NCBI GenBank assembly: GCA_027604505.1
Contig: JADIIX010000096.1
Span: forward strand, 62,001-84,442
Reading direction: 5' to 3'
DNA: 22,442 nucleotides
Source of the DNA: Gonapodya sp. JEL0774
Taxonomy: Eukaryota
Below the pieces are notes generated by a model, which had not been told where the DNA came from, searched no databases, and was given only the letters and a program-made list of their open reading frames with translations. Positions 10,542 through 22,442 of this stretch are shown in pieces (the first letter of the stretch is position 1; every line of letters begins with the position of its first letter). The translations under genes were made by a program, and so were the position numbers.

Positions 10542-13298
10542 TCAAACAATGTGTGAGGATGCTGTTGCAGTATTGGACATCAGCTTCCCACCACTTGAAT
10601 TCGCTCCACTGGACGTTTTTCCAATTAGTGCTCGATTGCCTAAAATCAAGTGAGACCACAAGGTTTATGTTGTCAAGGACGAATCATTGATATCCAAGGG
10701 TGCCCTACCACTCACTCTGTACGGCATCCGCAAATTTCTTCAGCATGGTCATAAAGTTCTCCTGGGTATCTGAAATCTCGGTTATCGGGGATCGGCCAAC
10801 CGCGAGTGATCCGGACCTGACCATGCTGAAGTCAAAGTTCGCCGCTACAAAAGTAAAACACAAAACCTTGTCTCAAATTTCTCCCGTAGGTTAGAGGCAA
10901 CAATACCAAGCTCGCCTTTCTTCATTCCCTCGAGAATTTTGTTCAGAGGGCGTGAAATGAACATTTCTGTGAATAGAATACTCGCGGCGCTCAGAGCGAT
11001 TACAATCACCACCGCTGTTAGGAGCGGGAAGGAGGTATATTCGGTAACTTCGCGAGATGGCAACGTATTTGAACGAAAGAAACTCGTACCAATGATTATA
11101 ATGTTCCGTTGAGTCGTCCAGAGTCTACTGGAGAGGTTATCGTTGAGCTGCAGAGTGTCCGCAAGGTAGTCACCGGACGGCTTGGATATCGTGTGGCGTA
11201 GATCAAAGTCAATTTCAATTCGTCTCTTGGCTTCTCTGGCGACTACGGCTCAATCCCATGACGAAGCTCTTTGTTTCACTCACCGCACCCGATACAATGA
11301 TCCACTTGTAAGTTCCATAAGTGAGCGTAGTCACCTGGAAGAAGTAAGCGCCCGAAGAGAATGTCGCGTCGTCGAAATTTGAGCTCAGGTTTCCACCAGA
11401 GTACGCAAACACTGTGCGGGCGGAGACGTTCTTGAAAGAAACCAAAAGCATCAGGTTTTCTTTGTCAGTATCGCCATTTCTGACGCATTCGAAGAACAAA
11501 CGAACAAAACGAAAATGAGTGGTACTATACCGACAAGCAAAGGGTAGTCGTCGGCTGAATACTCCCAGATCTTACGCAAAATCCATGCTCCAGTAGCATC
11601 TTGTCTCATGAGAGCCTTCACAAAACATTTCTCAGGTGTATCTATAACCCAGGGAAGGAGTTGTCACGTCCGCTCACTCACCCCTTGATTGCCACCTAAC
11701 CCGGACATGGCCACCACTTCCGCGTTCGGCGTCATCAAATAAAACAAGGTGCCATTTGTTGCGAGCAACTTTTGTGTATCCAGAACTGACGAAAGATCAC
11801 GGACCGTGAACGAGATGGTAGCCATGGCGTACAAATTGGCGGTTGCGTTGTAGAGTGGGAACGTCATGCCGTGCTGTATTTTTGGATAAATGCTGGTGCC
11901 AGATGCTGCGAAGTAGGGTGGGACAATCCAAATATCTCCTTGGGGTAATGTCGGAAGATACCAAGGACGTGTTGCGAAAGTATAACCACGGGCGCTCTAT
12001 GTTCGCACAATGTGTAAGCCTCTTGATTCTGCGATACAATTTAAGCTCCGTGCGCATTGACACAAAGTCTCTTACCATGGTCAAGTTAACCCCTAATGAA
12101 TCCGTGGTGGCGTTGTAGAGGTAAGTATAAACTCTCGTGTCCGTGCTCAACATCTTCGATGAACAAAAACATTACAAAAAGAAGTAGTTTGTTACTCCCT
12201 TCGTGTTTGAGAAAAGAATTTTCAATTTTAATCACGAACCGGACAAAACTTTTGACATGTCTTGTTCATCGTCTGGTACACAACTGAGTAGCTGGTGATT
12301 GGATTTGTTGGGTCGTAAACTTGTTGTGACAAAAAGGGAGAGACGCACTTTCAGCCACCAAATTGACGTAAAGTTAGAGTCGCCGAAATCACCAAAGCTT
12401 CCGGAGTTCGCTGTCAAGGCGCTGAGCCCAGTCGCTTCAAGTGAGGCATTGTTCCAATACAACAATGCCCCGACTGGCACATTCAACGAGGTGATTGCGT
12501 CCTTCATGTACGGAACAAGAGTGCTAACATTGGGGTGCAGTAAGATTTTGTGGTGTGTGAACGGTGGTCGGTGGTGAACGAGCAATTGCAATTATTCCTC
12601 CATAACTCAATTCTCACTCGAAATCCCCAGCCAGGATGGTTCCCCGCCTTATTGGACTTGCGGTCATATTTGCTAAAATACGCAGCTAAACAAATGGAGT
12701 CAGTCAATGGAAGATTTGGCTCCAAGCTCTGGGAGTATGATATTTTGCGCACACACCTTGTCAAGATAGGTGGCTACCATTTGTACCATTGGATCATCAG
12801 TGTATCTGCGCTAAGATTGCTGGAAACGATTCTTGTTCTCACTCATACTGGCCCGAATCGCCCGTGAAGAATCCTGCTGCCTGCCTGTTGCGAGCGCAAG
12901 GATGGAATTTTTCCCTGGCAGACCAGTGTGCACACTAAGCCGAAAGAACAGAAACACGGATTACCATGGCAGGTACATAACCACCTTGTGTGATGGAATC
13001 TGCGTTGGATGATTGGCTGTTGAAATATGCCACGCATGTCAGAGCGATCGCCACGGTTGACACACTATCACGGACGGGTGAGATCAGAAAATGACATTCG
13101 ATTGCAGCCTCGTCAAGACGCTCGTATGCAGCATTCATATGCATTAAGTTGCACCCACCAGAGCACCACTTGAAGAAGGATCACCATCTTCAAAGCCAGT
13201 CGGACACCTTTGTTGTCGGATCCGGCTGGCTCGTCCGCCTTGGATTTGCTCACAGTGGGATTGGGTGTGGTGTCTACATTTGATTTTGGAGGTGCCAT
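10542..13298 (-). CDS. Two-TM receptor-like protein: TM - extracellular dCache_1-like domain - TM - HAMP-like domain, short tail; ~15 exons
   Basis: Spliced product: TM1 (MVILLQVVLCVSTVAIALTCVAYF), Cache motif YTFATRPWY (11984-11958) then IWIVPPYF, FYLMTPNAEVVA and YKWIIVSGAPSGDYL, TM2 (IIIIAVVIVIALSAASILF), HAMP-like ISRPLNKILEGMKKAANFDFS...ITEISDTQENFMTMLKKF, then a ~35-aa tail and TGA. It has many N-x-S/T sequons. A few internal junctions are uncertain. Confidence 0.82.
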
Positions 13299-14192
13299 TA
13301 CAAATCGGTCGTTGTGTAACAATGCGGAGGGAACTGAGTGATTTTGATGAGTGCCTTTGCTCCGTTTAGACAGACCCTCTTCACAGATCAGGCAGCAGTG
13401 GTTTTTGTTTCGCCAAAACGTGCACAACACCCAATCATTACACCGCTTGCGGCATAGAAAGAGCGCTAGGACTCCTCGTCAAACGTATAGGTTTGTCCTC
13501 CAATGGCTTCGAGTGCCGATTGAACACAACGGACGTGCTTCGTGTATGCATGTGAAATTACGTCCATCCCTTGTCCGCTGTCACCATTCCAGTGTCTAAT
13601 GGTACTTGTATCGTCTCGGCTGCACTGCTTCTTATTAACTCCATCGTCCCTCCATTTAACGTCTGTCCGTTTGTCTTCCGAATCGTGCAACTCACCACCG
13701 CTCTCAGCATCCCCAACCCTTAGTAATCTTACCAACCTCCCAGAAAGCATCCTCCAAATTGAGAATATGCGCCTCATCTTGTGTTTCTGACTACCAACCT
13801 TTGCTCTAAGCTGACATCTTCTCGACTCTCTCGGCACACCGTTCACCAATCCGAGCAATCGCCTCTTTCGAATCGGTAATCGTCCCACTCCTAGCACCTT
13901 TGATTCTTACTGCATCTAAGCTTAAAAAGCCAGTTGGACGTGACGATGTGACGAAGTTCTGTCTCTCTTCTCTCTTCCCATTTCTCCGAGGCGAGTTCCA
14001 CCACCTTGTTCTCGCAGTCATAGCGATTCAATAATCTATTCACAGAACGAAAATTGAAAGAACGGTGACTAAAGTTTGATTAACAAACTCGATGCTCCAT
14101 TATTGATCGCGGAGAAACACTCGAACAAATGAAAACCTCACGTGAGATGCCCACAGAGGAATACGTTAGAACTACGGCAAAATCCGCACTTC

Positions 14193-14580
14193 CTAGCAAA
14201 ACTTGCACTTGTCCGCTTCCCTACAACGACTTTCAACACCTCGCCCCATCAAGAGGCGAGCAACATGATACAGACCCTTATCTGCAGCTTCAATAAATGC
14301 CTGATCATTACCTGCATGAATGTCGTCTCCTTTGGCGAGGAGAACTCGCACCACCTCAGGGCGTCCTCTTCCGGAAGCTCCAAAATCCTTTGTTATATGC
14401 ATCTGGGCTAGCTCCATGGTCAAGTAGGATCTTGACAACATCAAAAGGACCACATCTACCCGCCAGGAAAATGAGAATGCCAACGGTGTTATTTTCGGGT
14501 GAATGTCCCCTCCACAATCCAGCAAGAACCGAGTGGACTGGCAAGCCTCTTTGTCATAAGTGCGATGGGCTGCCTCATCA
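14193..14580 (-). pseudogene. Degenerate ankyrin-repeat gene with two frameshifts
   Basis: Ankyrin units alternate between frames: RFLLDCGGDIH (frame A), then LAGRCGPFDVVKILLDHGASPDA (frame B), then ASGRGRPEVVRVLLAKGDDIHAGNDQAFIEAADKGLYHVARLLMGRG (frame A). Shifts lie near 14500 and 14390, with no room for introns. Confidence 0.7.
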
Positions 14581-15690
14581 GCCTGCAAACATGTCAACTC
14601 CCTTTCACTGCTCCTTCGCCAAATACTAACCATTACATACATGTGTTCCATTCGAAAGTTGTTGTTCGGACCTCCAACCCGTAGCCACCACTTTCCCAAC
14701 CAATTTCTTCCAATGATAACTCAGAGAGAACATCCCGAACCCAGAATACTACCCCAAGACTTCTCATCCATTATTGCGTCCACATAAATCTGTTTGGTTG
14801 TCTGAGTTCCATCCATTGCCCGCCCCGTCATGCGGAAGAACTGTCCACTATGTACGGTACAACGACCCTTTCGAGAAACTTGGAAACAGTACATGAAGTT
14901 CGCAAGTTTGTCGTTCAGGGTCATTGTCACCTTCCGATGTGGACGGGGCCGGGCATGGTGAACTCCTGGCGACGCGGAAGGAGGAATCAGCTCGGGACCA
15001 CGAAGAAAACATTGCCCTAGTCTCAAGGGATAAAGATCGGAACACGCCACGCACGTACGCATAGTATCGGCAAATATCTGGCGAAGCTCTCCATCTTGAC
15101 GAACCCGTCGGTCCAACCAAACCTATCCAGGAAGTCACAATAAAAAGTACTTGCTCTCATTCCGCCACTGTCCAGAATAATCTATGAATTTCAAACGTTT
15201 TCAATTTTTGTTTTACGACAGCTTTACAGATGTCAGTTGCGGTGAAGAGTCGGAAGTGGAAAGAGTATCGCCGCTGACCAGTTATGTAAATAGACCAGCC
15301 AAAGTGCATGAAAACGATACCGTGGAATCTTGGGATTGACAGTTGACTGTGCGTTTGCACCAACCACTTCCGCCGCCGCCCACCGAAACTTACAAACACC
15401 GAAGAAAAAGGCATCAGGAAGATTGATTCGAGTGCAAAAGGAGACGATAAGGGAGATTTGGAAGGCATCACAGCTGATTCGTGCAAATCGGAGAGGGTAC
15501 GTTGGAACACGATAACGGTCGGTGGAGACGACAGGAACTGACACAGCGACACACGGATAGTCTGAAACTGGCTAAAAGAAGCAAGTGAAGCGTTTGACCT
15601 CGGTTATTACGTTCTGGACACGACAAAGTTGAGCCAGCAAAGTTCTGTCGCTTGGATTCTCGGTCAAGGCAACGTCAAATCTCGAAGACG

Positions 15691-18600
15691 ATGGCGGATG
15701 GACCGGTTCTTGCGCCGCTTATGCAGAGTCAGCAAGCTGTTTTCATGGCTCAGAGGACTCAGCAGCAGCCCCAGTTGGTCCAGCAGACACTAGCTGCACT
15801 GGACAGATCCGCACAGACACTCGCGGCACTTCTCACACGTGGACAGTCGCAGACAACGCAGAATCAATTTCAGCCAATCTCTGGGCCAATGTTGCAGCTT
15901 TCCGTTTCGTCTACGCAACCCACGCTTCCACCTTCAAGGCTGCCTCTCGCCCCGCTTGTGTCCCAAAACCAGAACGCACCGGCACTTGCGCAGAAACCCG
16001 CGTCTCCTCAATCTCCGTTGCCTCTTTCCCGGACCCCACCACAGTCTGTTTTGGGGTCAGCGTCCGCGTTTGCTCCTGTCCTTGACTCCAATTCTGCGTC
16101 CGCGTCACCAGCGACAACCCCTACTCGACTCCCTCCACCTTCCGACCCGGACGCGACCCCTCGCGTGACTCGCACGTCCGGCGTCCAGCTACCGCAGGTA
16201 CAGCACCCCCGGGTCTCATTACCGAATCCCGCGACGGATACCGCACCTCGACCGGACAAACCGGCGGCAGCACCTCCACCTACCGTTCCTACTGCTCCAT
16301 CCGCTCCTTCGGTTGCTACACTGAGTACTCCCACAGTATCTCGACTCCCTGTCTTTCAGCGTGCAGCACCTGGACCTCGAGTGAGCCAAACTGCTTCTTC
16401 CTCATTGCCAGCCGCCGCATCTTCCTCACTGAGTGGACCTCCTCCAGTATCTCGACTCCCTGCTCCACCTCAAACGCAGTCAAGTAGCGGGGATGCGGGC
16501 AGTAGTGGCAGAGGAGCTGTGGAGGGGACGACTGAAAGGGACGATGCCCAGCGTGCGGGTCCAGGCAGCAACAGTGGCTTATATGCCCTTTCAAGAGTAC
16601 CCCCACAATCTCTTCAACCAACGTCGCAACTCCCACGTACTGGTGTCGGCCCAAGTTTGCCACCTCAAACTCAAACTGAAACTCAACCTCAGCCCCAACA
16701 ACAGCGGCCAACCCCACCGACACCATCAACCTCAATCAACTCCCTAGCCTCCATATCCCAACTCCTTCACGATCTGAATCGTCGATTTCTTATGCAACAA
16801 GAGGAGCTCGCCGAGGCGGGGAGACTTGGTATCGAACGGCAGACCATGGCTCACCTTGCAACTCTGGCTAACGTCGCGAGGCGGCAAAGGGAGATTCAGG
16901 TTGAGCAGGCCAGAGGCTGGAGCGAAGTAGCAAAGGAGGCAGTGAGGGGAGTTCCGTTGGGTGGTGCTCCTGAGGCGGTGCGTCGGGAGGAGGTACCAGG
17001 GAGACCACGGGTCGTAACGCAGGCGGCACCTTTCGCAAGCTCTCTGGGACTGGGACCGGCACTGGGCGGCAGTCGTGTGCAGTTTGCAGGAATGGCATCT
17101 ACGCAAAGTACGTTCGCTCCCACCATGTCCCGCCAACCGATGGGACCAATTCCACCTTATCCTGGTCCCACGATGTACGACCCGTTTGCGCCTTCGGGAA
17201 ACATCCAGCTGGAACCTCTCCAATTGTCCGACCTTGCACCACTTCCTCAACCTCCGCCACAAGCGCAACCACCGCTTCGCCCGCCACCGACAACACAATC
17301 AATGCATGGTCATCCGGTGCCGGTACAGGCACCCCAACAGGCCTTTACGACACCAGGACCCCCCCTGCAACACCAGATTTCACGATTGTCCGCCCCGGTG
17401 TCCCGTCTCCCGGTGCCCCAATCCCGTCTCCCCGTCCCCGCGAACCAATCCCAACAGTCGCGGCTACCTGTGCCCTCAACTCGGTTCACAACTTCTGTTG
17501 CTCGTTCTCACGTCCCTGCACCACCGCCTCTCTCTATCTCAGCCCGCGGATTTGCATCTCAAGCACCACCCCGAACTGGAACCAGTGAATTGCCCTCCGA
17601 TCGAGCAACTCACGCCACGACGCCGATCCTCCCGGGCTTCGAAAATCACTTCGCACCACCAGGTGCTCCTCTCCCCCCGCCTCGGGAGCTGACACAGGTT
17701 CAGTCTCAGAAGCCTCCACTCCACTCAAAACCTGCCATTCCCGTCGATGTACCTGTTGTGCCATCTTTGCCGCCACAGCTGGATTCGGTAAAAGAATTGG
17801 GAATTTTTGACTACGGTGCAGTGAGGAGGAGAGTGGAGGGTTTGGTCAGGAGGGGTGAGGGTGTTGTCGGGAGCGTGGAGACGATCCGAGAAGGAGATGG
17901 TTACCAAGGCGTTGAGGATGCTACGGAGGAAAAATGTGAGTAAGACAGAATGTCCAACGAAGGCGGATGATTGAGGCTTTACCGTAGTGGGCATGCTTGC
18001 GTGGTTTCTTCCTTCGATTTGTTGCTCATTGCAAGCGTAACACTAAGATATATTCTAATTACCGCGCTTATTCATTCTTCTTACTCAGTCAGTCGCTCAA
18101 CGTACCGCCCCAACTTCCCTCCACCTTCACCACTCCCCGCCACCTCTTCTCTTCCCTTTATTCTTGCATCCCCTCGCGTTCGGGAGGTTGTGGAGAGAGC
18201 GATCGCGAGTGGAGATGAAAAACGCCGAGTTTACTCTAGATCGCCTTCTCCATCGCGAGAACATGACGGGCGGCACGCGTGGGAAACGGTTCCGGAGAAT
18301 TCGAGGAGGGAGGATCGAGTACAGGCCGAAGCAAAGGCACGAACGGACAAGACCATAAGCGTACTGTCACCAACGCCACCTCAGCCTATGCATCAAGGGG
18401 ATGGGACTCTCCCTGTGTCACCTGTCGCTCCGGTGTTTGATGGAGACGTCCAACCCAAATCGCCAACTCGCTCAACACAACCTGTATCCATTCTCAAACA
18501 CATTCCTCCCCGCAGTCCCCGTCGCATCCCTCACCGGCCGCCTCAGGACCCCTATTCGAACGCTTACCATGCTGCACCGCCTCCCCCCCTTCATGTCAGC

Positions 18601-21600
18601 GTCGACCCGCCTTCAAAGGCTCCGCGAAAGAATTCGTCCGCGACTTCACCCGTACGAGGCTCCGTGTCTCCCACCCGTGCGCTGGGATCAAGTCCACCGC
18701 GACTTCGCCCACCTGCACCATACACTGTACGTTTAGCGGGAGGGCCGGTGTATCTTCGGCGGACAACAGTAAGGCCTCCGACATTGCGATTTGTGAGCGA
18801 ACCGCTTGAGGCACCAAGAGAAGTCGCGACCCGGAGTGTTGCAGTGGAAGTGCAAGGGCGAGGGGTACAAGCGTCGCTAAGTCCCGTGCGGATTCGGTCC
18901 GTTCAAGACGACTTGAACGCACAAACGGAACATGTTGGAACGCGAGTCCCCGCAGATTTTGTGGATGGCTACAGGGGATTGGTGAGGACAGTGGTCGACA
19001 GGGCAACAAGCCCTCTTGTGCCACAACCAATCGCGAACGCGACCATGATAAGTACGGGGGCACAGATCTCTCCCGTAACGACAGCTCCTATACCAGTCGC
19101 GGTATCTCAAGCGTCAGTTCAGGTATCAGAAAGTGTTAAGGCGGCTACTGTTGAGAGAGCAGACGTTGGCGTTGGTATCGGGGGCAGAGAAGTTGCTATT
19201 CAGGTAGATGCTGGGTGAGTTTTTGCAAGATGAAATTTTGAAAGAAGGTTGATGGGCGGGCCTGGTGGTTACTCATGCGTGAAATTGCATGTTTGACTTG
19301 ATTCCCGTCACAGGCCGCTCTCGATCACCCCTCCTCCGTTGGCGACACCACCTCGCCAAGTATCGATTGGAATTCCGTTTACTCCACGCCCTCCTCCCAT
19401 CGCTCTCGAGTTTCCTTTGCCGTCCGCCGCGCCCGCGACACCTTCCACGCGTGATCTTGTACGGGGTAAAATCGCCGAGTGGGTACTATCTGGCCGGCTC
19501 CAACGACATCCGCTGCGAACAGATCCGCCACAGAGAGTCGATGCAAGTGCGTTCGCCAGGACAGCAGAATTGGGAACGGAATTGAGCACGTCGATCGCTC
19601 GAGTGGGTGTGGACACAAAAGATGTTGGAGTGGGTGTGGGGACAGCAGATGTAGGAATTGGTGTGGGAACTACAGATGTAGGAATTGGTGTGGGAACAGC
19701 AGATGTAGGAGTCAGTGTAGGGGCTGTGGATGTTGGTGTAGATACGACGTGGATGCCGGTGGATAATGGAGTACTGGCGGGATCAAGCCACCATAACAGA
19801 GTGTTGTCTCGTAAGCGCATCCCTTCGACATTCGGATCATGCGACTCACTCACCAAGCACACTCTTCGTTGTAGAACCGCTCTCTCGACCGGTCCACGAG
19901 CGTGATACCCAAACCAGCCTTCAGGAGGCAACTCCAACTCGAACTCTCTCGCCGGCTCCAAAACAGCGACCAACCTTATCACCAGCTTCTCTTGGCCGCA
20001 TCTTTTCTGATATTCGAGACATCACTTTAGAGTCTTATTTACGAAAAGAAACCGGCCTTTTGGCTCAGGATATCGTTTCCGACTTTCACAAGGTCATTGA
20101 CGCAGTCGTTAGTAGCACAAGTGAAGAGCTGTTCTCCGAGGTACTTTTAGAGGTTATTCGCGAGGCTCGGGCCGACGTTGATCGAGAAGACGAGCAACTC
20201 TTCGAAGAGGCAATCAATAATGCGTCCCTTACTGTTTTGGAGGAGTACATTCGAATGGAGACGTCAAAGATTGCGTCGGAAACTCCTCAAGTAGCAAGCA
20301 TGGCTGTTCAAGCGAATCCTCCCCTTGAGATTCCAGTGGTGTCTCCGGGTCCCACAACCGTGCCACGAGCACTACCCCGGTCCATTCCGTCTCCCCTTCC
20401 ACTTGCAGACACGTCGGCCTCTTCCATTTCAAGACCCACATTCTCCACTGATACTCACCTGTCGACATCTCTTTCAGAAGGAGAGGTGCTCACCGACTTC
20501 TTTTCCGAGGGCGAGCTGATATCCATGCGAGCGGAACTGGAGGAGATGGTTCGGGCTATAAGGGCTCGAGCTGCAGCTTCGGCGAAGATGGGAGATACCC
20601 CTCCTAATGCCAGTGGGGCGGACACCAGCACATCGCTTTCCGGCGAGAAGAGTGGTGAGACGGGGAGTGCGAGTGCAGGTGGTACGGAGATTATTGCTCT
20701 AGCTGCAGATGGAGGAGTGAGCATTTTGGAAGTGTCGAGCTCACTCTCAATGGGTGAGGCTCCACCGTCGCACGAATGGGAGGGCCCGGTCAGCCATGGA
20801 CCTCGTCGTGTACGGGAATCGAAAGGCAAGGGAAAGGAACCGGAATCTCGACGTGCTCAACCGCGACTCGGTGGTGGTGCAGGGAGGACGACACAGGATG
20901 ATGTGCAGCCAACGGGTGCACTCTCCAGGAGTGCTGTTGAGAACGAGCTTCCGTCCTTTTCCCTCGAATCTTCTACTCCAAGTGGCTCTCTCGGAGAGAT
21001 CGATCTGAGTAGAACACATAGTGCTGGTGAGGTTGGCGTAGTCGAACTCTTGCGAGAGGTCACTGGTGGGTCAAGTCTGGTGTTCTTTGGGCAACCGATC
21101 TGTTGATCCATTTTATTCCCGCCTGTTAGTGCACGCACGAGTTACCGAATTTCGGCGACATGATCCTGCTAGCAGTCCCGGTGAAATACAGTCGCAGTCC
21201 AAGTCTGAAATAATCCGTCGGTCCGAACTCGGCAATCGTAAGCGCTCGTCACGACCTTTTCCGGGAGTTCCAGGCGAATCCAGCTCCCAGAAGGATGTTC
21301 AAAGATCTTACTCACATGACCGTGAGGCAGTATCCCCCGTTCATACTCCAGCGCGGTTTTCTAGCCGGTTATCAAAGTCGGAGTCTGGTGGCAAGGGCAC
21401 ACCTCGCCGATCAAACTCGCCGCAGCCCGTGGTGATCCCTGCCCGACCACTTTCGACTGGCTCCTCCCGAGACGCCTCACGTGCCCACTCCCGATCGGCG
21501 TCGCTTACATCATTAGGCGCGCTTGATTTTCTCTACAGAGTTGGTGGGACACCTCGGCCAAAGAGCTCCGCCGATCCAGAGTGGCGATCTGTGCCTGGTG

Positions 21601-22205
21601 TATCTGGTGGGGGCGTGCGCGACTCTGATGGCGGATACTCACAGCTCTCACAGGAACCATCACGCTCCGTGGCGTCGAATCCCGAACGACCGCGGACAGC
21701 AACAATGGTTCCGGAGCGCGTAGGCGAACAAGACAGTTCCTTGTCTGATGTTGCTTCCTCAAATCGTTATGCTGAAGGGGACTCTGGTGCCACGGAGGAG
21801 GAGTTAGAGTTCCAAGGGCAGCCACAACACCTCTCTATTCAAACTTTTGAGAGGGAGCTTGCTCAGGTTGTTGCTCAGGAGATCGACGCGTTATCAATGT
21901 CGAGAAGTGTCAGTGCCACTGAGACCATTCGGAAACATGGTCCATCAGATTCCCCGAGTCTGGGCGGGAGAATCACTCTTGACGTATCGAAGGCACCAGT
22001 GAGTGGAGGTGGCCAAGAACAGCGTGCTGCATTGTCGAACCAACCTATGGGATATCTGCTGCCGCAACGCCATAAGTCAGAAGAGGAATATCTGCGGTCA
22101 GAGACTGTTTCATTTGAGACTGAAAGTCTTGGGGATATTTTGAACATTGAAGCGCCAAGTAACGACAATGAATTACAAGATCTACTTGAAACTCTTGAGA
22201 TTTAG
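15691..22205 (+). CDS. Large (~2044 aa) Pro/Ser/Gln-rich disordered protein with coiled-coil islands; putative microtubule/centriole-associated scaffold; 5 exons
   Basis: Five ORFs join in phase through GT-AG introns: exons 15691-17935, 18089-19214, 19314-19810, 19875-21065 and 21130-22205 (6135 nt). Start ATG in the context ACGATGG; additional upstream exons are not excluded. Function is inferred only from short linear motifs. Confidence 0.8.
19621..19746 (+). repeat. Coding 27-bp tandem repeat, ~4.7 copies (DVG[IV]GVGT[AT])
   Basis: Units start at 19621, 19648, 19675, 19702 and 19729. Consensus GATGTAGGAATTGGTGTGGGAACAGCA. Confidence 0.9.
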
Positions 22206-22442
22206 TTTATTCTCCCAACTAGTATTCAGAATCGCGAGTTTACATTATACAGTTTTGTGTTACCCTGAGCAATTCAATGTTTGCAACATGTGTCTAACCT
22301 GGTAGTATGAGTTTGACATTAATATTCCGCTGCGTAAAGTTTTATAGTGTTGTTCTTAGTGGAGGGTGTTAGATGTCGCAGCTGTGCGACTGTGTTGGAC
22401 GCTGAGTCTGATGGCGAGGGAAGCATGGCGAGGGCAATGGCG

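Noticed and set aside
13466..14021. Overlapping minus-strand ORFs with charged composition
   Set aside because: No motif or consistent splice model. Possibly decayed sequence.
14721..15560. ORF fragments and splice-like signals between the ankyrin relic and the giant gene
   Set aside because: No in-frame model could be built on either strand.
19621..19746. 27-bp repeats as a CRISPR array
   Set aside because: Head-to-tail units with no spacers, third-position variation, inside a eukaryotic exon.
19308..19982. 224-aa minus-strand ORF with PTPIPTS repeats, and other antisense ORFs over the large genes
   Set aside because: These are shadows of the plus-strand coding sequence and its repeat.
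22290..22442. Possible 3' end of a minus-strand gene at the right edge
   Set aside because: All three frames are briefly open and the segment is too short to assign.

Overview
Intron-rich eukaryotic DNA (short GT-AG introns, ~40-150 nt). Gene content suggests an early-diverging, probably zoosporic fungus (inference only). Hand-spliced models give five intact genes: a D-2-hydroxyacid dehydrogenase (-), a divergent beta-lactamase-family serine hydrolase (+), a membrane-anchored bZIP factor (+), a TM-dCache-TM-HAMP receptor with no output domain (-), and a ~2040-aa disordered scaffold with repeated SxLP and TQT-like motifs (+). There is also a frameshifted ankyrin pseudogene and a partial gene at the left edge. 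The highlight is the bZIP gene. Its last exon, absent from the ORF track, encodes RPRMQLVAPA...FVVIDFEVLGTRVV, which resembles the ATF6 luminal domain and suggests an ATF6-type UPR branch in a fungus. The TM-coding segment also contains a possible IRE1-type 23-nt intron. All homology calls come from motif recognition by eye, not from database searches.
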